A DNA stretch of 64,000 nt from Acidobacteriota bacterium (GTDB taxonomy: Bacteria > Acidobacteriota > Vicinamibacteria > Vicinamibacterales > 2-12-FULL-66-21). This document shows positions 33,501-41,449 of this stretch, piece by piece. The stretch is taken from contig QHWR01000040.1 in assembly GCA_003223835.1 (NCBI GenBank), forward strand, positions 15,134 through 79,133, in the 5' to 3' direction. A model generated the notes under the pieces. The model did not search any database. It saw only the letters and a program-made list of their open reading frames with translations, and was not told where the DNA came from. Position numbers and translations under genes: made by a program. Position 1 is the stretch's first letter. The number at the start of each line of letters is the position of its first letter.

Positions 33501-34878
33501 GAACGGGATTCGCGGCACGAACGGCGTCGCCGCGCAGAATTCGGGCTACTGGTACTTCTACACGGGCACCGATCGCGACGCGACGGCGCCGTCCGTGCGC
33601 GCCATCACGCCGCCGGCGGGCTCGACGAACGTCGGCGACAACGCTCGCATCGTCGTCCGCTTCTCCGAGCCGCTGAATCCGTTGACGGTGAACAATGGGA
33701 CGATCGCGGTGACGGGCGCCGCGGCTGTGACGGGCTCCTTCAGTTTCGCCAACCAGAACAAGGATGTGTATCTCGAACCGTACGCGCCGTTGCCGGATAG
33801 CCAGACGCTCACGATCACGATCGCGGGCGTGACCGACGTCAGCGGCAACGCGGTGACCACGACGACCGCTCAGTTCGGCGTGGCGGCGGGCCCGGACGTC
33901 GCGGTGCCGGTCGTCCTGGCGGAAAACCCGGTCGGCGGGCTGACGAACGTGCCGACGAACGCCGTCGTCTCGCTGCTGCTGAACGAGCCGATCGATCCGG
34001 GCTCGGTGACCACCTCCACGATGCAGGTGTACGACAACGTTCTCGGCAAGCAGGTCGCCGGGAGCTACGCCGTCAGCAGCGACGGACGGACGATCAGCTT
34101 CGTGGCCGACTCGCCGCTCGCCGCGAACCACAGCCACAGCGTGTACTTCGCCAATCAGGGGATGACGGATCTGGCGGGCAACCTCGTGAACGGCAGCGGC
34201 TTCTCGAACTTCAGCTTCACCACCGGATCGACGGCGGACCTCACCGGACCGCAGGTCACCGCCATCAGCCCGGCGGATCAATTGACGAACGTGCCGCGCA
34301 ACGGGTCCGTCATGATCGGGTTCGATCGGCCGATCAACACGCTGACGGCATCGCAGATCACGCTTGCCACCGCGGCCGGAACGCCCGTGCCGGTCGCGAG
34401 GACGTTCTCGAACGGCGACGCGCGCGTCACGCTGACGCCGCTCGCGCCGCTGTCCGCCTCGACTTCTTACAGGGTCACGGTAGGCGCCGTCGCGGACCTG
34501 ACCGGCACCGCGCTGGCGACGCCGGTGGAGAGCCGCTTCACCACCGGCACCGGGGCCGATCTGACGCCGCCCGTGGTCACGAGCGTGTCGCCGATCAACG
34601 GCGCGCAAAACGTGCCGACGAACGTCGTCGTCCAGGTCACGTTCAACGAGCGGATGAATCCGCTGACGATCGCGCGCTCGACGTTCCAGGTGATCGATCA
34701 GAGCACCGGCATCGCGATCGCGGGCGACGTCGTCGTGTCGTCCGACGGCTTGACGGCGGCGTTCATTCCGGCGGCGGCGCTGACGCCGTCGGCGGGCTAC
34801 TATGTGCAGGGCTCCGGATGGGCGAACCTGGCGGGCCTGCAGACGAGCGTGTTTACGAGTTTCAGAACGGGTCAATGA
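21571..34878 (+). CDS. Giant (4,435 aa) secreted multidomain Ig-repeat protein: Big_2, TSP3-like Ca-binding repeats, LVIVD propeller repeats, then ~31 SbsA/Big_5-like Ig modules
   Basis: Uninterrupted 13,308-nt ORF. The GTG start overlaps the upstream stop (GTGA). Signal peptide MTTTATRFVRLLALVLLAVCPARETFAQ. Domain calls come from motif reading (see findings). The long antisense ORFs across it are Arg-rich shadows. Confidence 0.92.
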   Translation: MTTTATRFVRLLALVLLAVCPARETFAQLNENCTVSVLNRNVRVNPDGTWVLPNVPANFGPVRARATCIIDGRTISGESEPFLVPPNGAVNVPRIVFGELTPIPTTVTVTAPASLLTALGSTLQLTVTAAYANNTTRDVTAEATGTQYTISNSAIATVSGNGLVTAVKAGIVLVQATHEGASGLISIRIAPSNADADGDGIPDDVEVALGLNPQDPTDAAEDFDRDGLTNLQEYLLGTDIRKADTDGDGLTDGDEVARGTNPLLRDTDGDGISDGLEVQTGSNPLDANSYNLAAALTSVTVAPAQFVLTFNTILGDVTLQLKVTGHLKDGSTIDLTSTRRGTNYNSSNLNVCNFGATDGMVFAGEEGSCTITATVATFTASSSGNVHKFSPKPLSFVDLGGPGNNIDVSGDYAYVAVGAAGLKVVNVSDRKTPQIVATLSLPGTANDVKLAGTRAYVAAGAAGLHIVDVSNPIAPRLIGTFDTAGSANDVRSNGNLAFVADGSAGLAIIDVSTPDTPRLIGALSGIGTANGVDVVGGLALIANGSMLRVVDVSNPANPRSIGTVNLPGDAQDVVARGTTAYVADYTGSLQVVDFTTPTAPVVVGTTTQALGGILYDVAVSGNFVFGADIFFVNGVPIVDVTNPHSPIPRAILDFRQFRDDNGSGIAADGSYVYLTTLEGRLYIGQYRLLEDLYGVAPTVSISAPAPGATFVEGETIPVSVVATDDVSVTAVTLEVDGAAAATDTTAPYQFTVTAPHGATGVTLGASAVDLGNNVGVAADIQVAVTPDPLTTAAGRVVDRNGTPVGGATVSCLAHTGVTTPDGAFAIPGLPTIQPTVLCTADYVDAQGITQHGASARVPPVRGGMTQVGDIRLLAVPVIASITPKAIDSFRPPTTLHVTGVNLTGATFAFVSDTTPIVTAGTPQIDAGGTSATLPINVTFGAQGTLVLTATNSVGTSETFATAGNSLVVLSLTPAGDADNDGLTNEYELAIGTDPTSPDTDHDGIPDGWEVRFGLNPLDAADANQDADGDGATNLEEFAAGTSPVNPHTVPPAVAEVFPANGATNYPTNGVVIVRFDEPLLTAVAIDVAKQALGAALPASQSQVDLTAAAQALQAYLRTHGEGDTVVPGTVRVRRNGIDVAGAVTLSNDKLSITFTPSQALLASSLYTVTVAGVRDAAGNPMTQAFESVFTTGQSGDTSAPRVLLTNPSSGMSGVPVNAPVTVQFTKRLDPATLTAQSFAAYDNFTGQQVAGMIQMEPSGLVASFVPQTTWAPGRSFSVYLNTDIKDSAGNRLQSYSFSFSTAFFADAQGPHIVGTSPADGDTNVPLNVPIVVQFDEAVNTIRGAAGVQVFAQGQPIPGSIALSDGNRRITFTPASALAPNTAYTIVPSAQLTDIAGNLVAAFTNATFTTGAAADNTTPSVTAVSPANGAGGVPTNTVVQLSFNEPINRLTVNAATFVVYPQATGIPVAATYAVSADGRNATLIPASPLVSLTGYYVSMSGISDAVGHATSTFTSFTTGAAADTAPPTVVAISPAGGATNVPLNARVVVRLSEPINPSSATTAAVKLTAGGNAAAATVALSADRLTITLTPGAPLAASTLYTVKVSGLTNLAGLEVVAATSTFTTGTAASGPQLAVTSFTPANNSVNVPVDSPILVTFNAPIDPTSVNVNSVFVFVSGAGAVSGTFAVQGNSVTYTPVSSFPGNTTVSVQVSGVLDVAGHGNNFASMSFRTVAAPDTTAPAVISVTPGDGAMGIGLNAQVVVTFSESVNPSTVNNNTIALFANGGRFGNIAGISADNRTVVLNGGMLPASSVVTVALTSAIQDLSGNRLADFTTAFTTAPPFDTARPSVVSQRPGNGASGVAAGTRIVLFLSEPLDATTVPSALHVSQNGALVDGVVQVSGNGQVIQFFPAEPWAGNALVQVFLDTTARDLQGNSVSAYQASFRTAADPQTTRPVVTAVSPVYGAGNAPLNTVVTIGYSLPLDPATVTATTVTMTGPAGAVNIAVTLDATGQVIRLVPAGPLVANSYYFYQTTAAIRGINGLAPQNPGSWYFYTGGPLDATAPAVRSITPPPAAVSVGDNARIIVRFTEQVNPLTVNGTTLSVAANASVPTSVTFSNQNMDVYLEPYAPLPDGQSVTVAIAGVTDIAGNPVTATSAQFTVGAGPDVKPPTTLAENPVNGLTNVPINAVVSLLFNEPIDPSSVTPGAFQVYDNVVGQVSGSYTVSGDGRLVTFVQAKPFGIDRSHSVYFANQGITDLAGNLANGSGFSNFSFTTGVSANVTGPQVIGISPADQLTDVSRNAQVVIDFDRPINTLTAPQIALSAAGSPVATFTSFSSGDRRVTLTPVNPLAAATVHAITIGAITDLSGAPLATPVVTQFTTAPGVDLVGPQVTSVSPANGATSVPTNTVVQLTFSERMNPLTVNGSTFQVYPQATGLPVAGVYVVASDGRSATFTPSAALSASTGYYISVSGIADLTGQGANTFTSFATAAGPQIARPTVAGISPPDGATNVPLNGRVVVRMSEPVSPLSLNAEALTLSAAGSLVPAAVALSGDRLTLTLTPNAPLTASTTHTVAIAHLTNVVGAEVLPVTSAFTTGTTTAGSNSLTVSSIAPANGAQNVPVDSTVRVTFSTAVDPTSVNVNTVTIYLSGVTNLAGSYVVQGATVTFTPLNPLPGNTTISVQVSGVVDFAGHGNNYTNISFKTAAVPDTTAPTVVSITPSEGATGVGPNAQVVIAFSESLNAATVRNNTVALFVNGARFGNVVSVSADARTVVLGGGTWPASSLVTVALTSAVQDVSGNPLADFTSTFTTAPAFDTARPSVVSQRPANGSSGVAASTDVVFFLSEPLDPATVPDAVHISENGVLVDGTVQVSGNGQVIQFAPAEPWAGGALIQVFLESSARDRNGNSVFAYQASFRTASDPQTTRPAPTAVSPVYGASNVPLNTAITIGYNVPLDPATVTTSTVTMSGPAGAVSAAVSLDATGQVIRLVPSAPLLPNNYYYYQVSTAIRGTNGLTPQNQGSWYFYTATTSDTIAPGVLSVTPPAAAINVGDNARIVVRFTEPVNTLTVNAATLSVRGTTPIAGALSFANQNQDVYLEPFTPLPDGQVLTVAIDGVTDVAGNPVAAVTSQFAVGAGPDVAVPVVLAINPVNGLTNVPTNVAVSLLLNEPIDPSSVTRSSLQIYDNVVGQVNGAYTVSSDGRTVTFVPGAPLGVSRSHSVYFANQGMTDLAGNLVNGSGFSNFSFTTGASANTTAPQVVGISPADQLTDVSRNVQVVVDLDRPIDTLTASQITLAASSGTIPVIMTFANGDRRITLTPIAPLAAATAYTVTVGAITDLSGIPLATPVVSHFTTTTGVDLNGPQVSVVSPINGGTGVPTNALIQLGFTERMNPLTVNAGTFRLYPQATGIVIAGSYSVAADGRSATFTPSAPLAPSTAYYIDVNGVVDLTGQAASTFTSFTTGTAAQVARPTVVTVSPADGTSDVPLNAKVSMLVSAAISPVTIGSMAVTLSANGSSVAGSISLSADRRQLTLTPAAALAPNTTYTVFVGGFADVAGNLVLPFGSTFTTGTAATDTGPLVVSAFTPANGTQNVPVNSTVVVRFNKAVSPVTVNTNTIVVSYAGVSHVAGAYAVSGGTVTFTPASPFPGNTSISVQVTGVQDLIGNANGFASASFVTAAVADTTPPEVASVTPADGSGDVGLNAQVVVTFSESLNPATVSNNTFALFANGIRIGNIASVSADNRTVVLSGGTLPAASLISLVITSAVRDLAGNALADFVSGFTTEDAPDTSRPSIVSQRPANGASGVSAASGVVLFVSEPLNPATVGAAIHVSQNGVLVDGTAQVTGNGQVIQFQPAVAWAPNALIQVFLDGNAQDLQGNALNSYQSSFRIAVDPQTAAPVATAVSPAYGSQNVPLNPSIAVGYNQPLDPATVNTSTVSLNGPAGRVNASVGLDSTGTVIRILPVDASNNRVDLAPNAFYYYQTNGIRGTNGVAAQNSGYWYFYTGTDRDATAPSVRAITPPAGSTNVGDNARIVVRFSEPLNPLTVNNGTIAVTGAAAVTGSFSFANQNKDVYLEPYAPLPDSQTLTITIAGVTDVSGNAVTTTTAQFGVAAGPDVAVPVVLAENPVGGLTNVPTNAVVSLLLNEPIDPGSVTTSTMQVYDNVLGKQVAGSYAVSSDGRTISFVADSPLAANHSHSVYFANQGMTDLAGNLVNGSGFSNFSFTTGSTADLTGPQVTAISPADQLTNVPRNGSVMIGFDRPINTLTASQITLATAAGTPVPVARTFSNGDARVTLTPLAPLSASTSYRVTVGAVADLTGTALATPVESRFTTGTGADLTPPVVTSVSPINGAQNVPTNVVVQVTFNERMNPLTIARSTFQVIDQSTGIAIAGDVVVSSDGLTAAFIPAAALTPSAGYYVQGSGWANLAGLQTSVFTSFRTGQ
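25819..34878 (+). repeat. Intragenic tandem super-repeat: a ~2.9-kb (nine Ig modules) unit, about 3.1 copies
   Basis: Unit starts:
- 25819: TPSVTAVSPANGAGGVPTNTVVQLSFNEPINRLTVNAATFVVYPQATG
- 28726: GPQVTSVSPANGATSVPTNTVVQLTFSERMNPLTVNGSTFQVYPQATG
- 31636: GPQVSVVSPINGGTGVPTNALIQLGFTERMNPLTVNAGTFRLYPQATG
- 34564: TPPVVTSVSPINGAQNVPTNVVVQVTFNERMNPLTIARSTFQV
Spacings are 2907, 2910 and 2928 nt. The copies have diverged (roughly three-quarters aa identity by eye). Confidence 0.85.
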
Positions 34879-36398
34879 GCCGCCGAACGCCGGGCGCGTT
34901 GTGGACTCTCGCGCTCGCCGGTTCCGTGCTGTCGACGTGGGAGACCGCCGCGCAGTCGCGGCGTCCGGCGTCGCGGATCGGCCAGGAAACGGCGGTCGCC
35001 CGGCACCTGCGAGACGGCGAGGAGTTCAGCCTGCCGCTCGCCGCGCTCGTCGATCACGGCCGCATACTCTTCTCGGCGAACTGGACCGCGCAGGACGGCG
35101 GCGGCCGGCCGCTCGCCAAGGGCACCGGAGAAGCGCTGTCGGACCGCGCGCGGCCTCTCGAGGGTACGCGCGCGTTCAACCGGATCTCCGGTCCGGATGC
35201 GAACTCCTGTCAGGGCTGCCACAACGCGCCCTTCGGCATCACGGGCGGCAAGGGCGACGTCGTCACGAACACGTTCGACGCGGCCGAACGGTTCGACTTC
35301 GCGACGTTCGATCGCACCGACAAGCGGAGCACCGTCGGAGCCGTTGACGAACAGGGCCGTCCGGTCTCTCTCCAGACCGTTGGCGGCGAGCGTTCGACGC
35401 CGGCGCTGTTCGGTGCCGGCTACGTCGAGATGCTGGCGCGGCAAATCACCGCCGACCTGCAGCGGACGCGCGACGCGACGCAGCCCGGCCAGACGCGTCC
35501 GCTGCTGTCGAAAAGCATCTCGTTCGGGACGCTCGCGCGTCGCGCCGACGGCGCCTGGGACGTCAGCCGCGTCGAGGGTTTGCCCCGCGCCAGCGTCGTC
35601 ACGTCGCGTCCCGGCGACAAGCCGAGCCTCGTGCTGCGGCCGTGGAACCACGCCGGCACGGCGGTGTCGCTGCGCGAGGTCACCAACACGCAGTTCAATC
35701 TGCACCACGGCATGCAGTCGTCGGAACGGTTCGGCGCCGGCGTCGACGCCGATCGAGACGGCGTCGCCGACGAGCTGACGCGCGCCGACATCACGGCCGT
35801 CAGCGCATTCGAAGCGACGCTGCCCGTGCCGGGCCGCGTGATTCCGAACGATCCGGACGTCGAAAAGGCTGTCTCGATCGGCGAGCGCCTCTTCGCGCAA
35901 ATCCGGTGCAGCGCCTGCCACATGCCATCGCTGCCGCTGGATCATAAAGGATGGATCTATTCGGAGCCGGGGCCGTACAATCCGCCACGCAACCTGCGCC
36001 GCGGGACCGTGCGGGTGCTCGACGTCGATCTGACGAGCGCGCTGCTGCCGCCGCCCCGCTTGACGCCGTCTATCGCGGACCGGGACGTCGTTCAGGTGCC
36101 GGCGTATTCGGATTTCAAGCGCCACGATCTCGGCGACGCCGGCGGTCCGTTTCTCACGGCCCGCCTCTGGGGGATCGCGAACGCGCCGCCGTACTTCCAT
36201 CACGGCCTCTTCACGACGATGCGGCAGGCCGTGCTGGCGCATGGCGGGGAGGCCCTGGAGCAGCGCGAGGCGTTCCGGCAGCTCTCCGCGCCGGATCAGG
36301 ATGCGCTGATCGAATTCCTCAAGACGCTGCAGGTGTTGCCGCCGGGGACCAAAGATCTCGTCGTCGACGAACACTATAAAGCCCGAAGCCAACCATGA
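34875..36398 (+). CDS. Di-haem oxidoreductase / putative peroxidase (DUF1111 family), paralog B
   Basis: ATG 34875 overlaps the giant gene's stop (ATGA). Colinear with paralog A (…DANSCQGCHNAPF…, …QIRCSACHMPSLPL…, …PYFHHGLFTTMRQAVLAHGGEA…). It lacks a ~20-aa Cys-containing stretch that A has (DICDGGGREPLDQNQSQWSKKLMDGNC). Confidence 0.8.
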   Translation: MSRRTPGALWTLALAGSVLSTWETAAQSRRPASRIGQETAVARHLRDGEEFSLPLAALVDHGRILFSANWTAQDGGGRPLAKGTGEALSDRARPLEGTRAFNRISGPDANSCQGCHNAPFGITGGKGDVVTNTFDAAERFDFATFDRTDKRSTVGAVDEQGRPVSLQTVGGERSTPALFGAGYVEMLARQITADLQRTRDATQPGQTRPLLSKSISFGTLARRADGAWDVSRVEGLPRASVVTSRPGDKPSLVLRPWNHAGTAVSLREVTNTQFNLHHGMQSSERFGAGVDADRDGVADELTRADITAVSAFEATLPVPGRVIPNDPDVEKAVSIGERLFAQIRCSACHMPSLPLDHKGWIYSEPGPYNPPRNLRRGTVRVLDVDLTSALLPPPRLTPSIADRDVVQVPAYSDFKRHDLGDAGGPFLTARLWGIANAPPYFHHGLFTTMRQAVLAHGGEALEQREAFRQLSAPDQDALIEFLKTLQVLPPGTKDLVVDEHYKARSQP

Positions 36399-37146
36399 TC
36401 GCCCTTACGCGCAGCGTGCCTCCCAGCATCACCCGCTGCGAGTTGACGCACGTCGCGCGGCAGCCGATCGATTACCACCGCGCGCGCGCGCAGCATGCGG
36501 CGTACGAGCGCGCGCTCGAGACGCTGGGATGTCGCATTCAGCGTCTTCCCGACACGCCCGATCTGCCGGATTCCGTCTTCGTGGAGGACGCCGCCGTCGT
36601 CTTCGACGAGATTGCGGTGCTGACGCGGCCCGGCGCCGCCTCGCGGCGTCCCGAGATCGAATCCGTCGCCGCCGCGCTCGAGCCGCAGCGGAGCCAGGCA
36701 CGCTCGACGGCGGAGACGTGCTCACGGTCGGCAAGACCGTGTACGTCGGGTTGTCGCGCCGCACCAACGCCGACGGCGCGCGGCAGCTCGAACACGCCGT
36801 GGCGCCGTTCGGCTATCGCGTCGTGCGCGCGGCCGTCGACGGATGTCTGCACCTGAAGTCCGCCGTGACGGCGGTGAGCGACGGCGCGGTGTTGCTCAAC
36901 CCCGCGTGGATCGATCCGCGCGTTTTTGCCGCGCACGATCGCATCGACGTCGATCCGTCGGAGGCCGCGGCCGCCAACGTCCTGCGCGTCGGCGATCGCG
37001 TGCTCGTTGCCGCGGCATTTCCACGCACCAACGATCGAGTGGGGCAGCGCGGCGCGCAGATCGCGATCGTCGACGTCTCGGAGGTCGCGAAGGCCGAAGG
37101 CGCGCTGACCTGTTGCAGCATTCTGGTTCGGACGGTTGGATCGTGA
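36395..37146 (+). pseudogene. ddaH: Dimethylarginine dimethylaminohydrolase-like amidinotransferase (DDAH), frame broken near 36690
   Basis: - N-terminal part (track 36395..): MIALTRSVPPSITRCELTHVARQPIDYHRARAQHAAYERALETLGCRI…SVFVEDAAVVFDEIAVLTRPGAASRRPE…ALEPQR.
- C-terminal part, in another frame (track 36529..37146): PGTLDGGDVLTVGKTVYVGLSRRTN…DGCLHLKSAVTAV…AKAEGALTCCSILV (catalytic Cys).
- About 6-8 codons seem to be missing at the junction.
- The ATGA start overlaps the upstream stop. Confidence 0.8.
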
Positions 37147-37286
37147 CGCGTGCCCGCGGCCGTGCGGTCACCGCAACGCACTGGCGGAGCGGGCGATTGC
37201 TTCGGCCAATTCCTTGAATCCGCGGTTCCAATTCATTGGTTCCGCTGTCGGTGTCTTACCTACCACAGCCGTGCTGGATTTCGCTC

Positions 37287-37315
37287 TTGACTGTTCGCGC
37301 GACAGCGTTTACGGT
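37287..37315 (+). promoter_or_regulatory. Sigma-70-like promoter TTGACT-N17-TACGGT
   Basis: TTGACT at 37287..37292 and TACGGT at 37310..37315. The 10-mer CTCTTGACTG (37284..37293) is identical to the -35 region of the 13807 promoter (13804..13813). Confidence 0.45.
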
Positions 37316-37325
37316 CACCCCCGGA

Positions 37326-37418
37326 TGAGAGGCGTGATCGCGGTGGAGGAGGGAGGGCCTCCGCCGCTTCTCGCCGCAACGTCTGCTCGCCTGATCGCAA
37401 TCCCTCTCACTTTTTTTT
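37326..37418 (+). terminator. Structured element ending in U8: an intrinsic terminator, either an attenuator in the TonB-receptor leader or the terminator of the upstream operon
   Basis: The outer helix TGAGAGG (37326..37332) pairs with CCTCTCA (37403..37409). It is followed by C and then T8 (37411..37418). An inner 10-bp hairpin forms between GCGGTGGAGG (37340..37349) and CCTCCGCCGC (37358..37367). Confidence 0.55.
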
Positions 37419-37462
37419 GATTCGTTTCACGGGCTTCTTGGGACACGCAGAAGGAGCGTTTC

Positions 37463-41343
<3,881 letters not shown>

Positions 41344-41346
41344 TCA

Positions 41347-41449
41347 GTCCCTCGTCCCTAGTCCCTCGTCCCGAGTCCCTCGTCCCCAGTCCCTCGTCCC
41401 CAGTCCGGCGTCCTTGGGACCCGAGACGAGGGACTAGGGACTAGGGACT
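41347..41449. repeat. Heptad-armed hairpin: (GTCCCNN) x~10 facing (GGGACNN/TAGGGAC) x~4
   Basis: gtccctc gtcccta gtccctc gtcccga gtccctc gtcccca gtccctc gtcccca gtccggc gtccttg | gggaccc gagac gagggac tagggac tagggac. Fills the whole 90-bp spacer between the convergent TonB receptor and selA. The last four selA codons (AVPSP*) lie in the right arm. Confidence 0.9.

Noticed and set aside
22714-34875. Very long antisense ORFs inside the giant gene: 22714..24711(-) 665 aa, 24856..26091(-), 26665..28629(-) 654 aa, 29173..32430(-) 1085 aa, 32920..34875(-) 651 aa. Also the +2/+3 frame ORFs such as 25377..28061.
   Set aside because: The sense frame gives coherent Ig-module repeats over 4,435 codons. 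The others are Arg/Asp/His-rich shadow frames whose own periodicity simply mirrors the sense repeats.
37320-37420. A known riboswitch class (cobalamin, TPP or other) upstream of the TonB receptor.
   Set aside because: I could not find a B12 box or any other class-defining conserved core by eye. I kept it only as an unclassified structured leader/terminator pending an Rfam scan.
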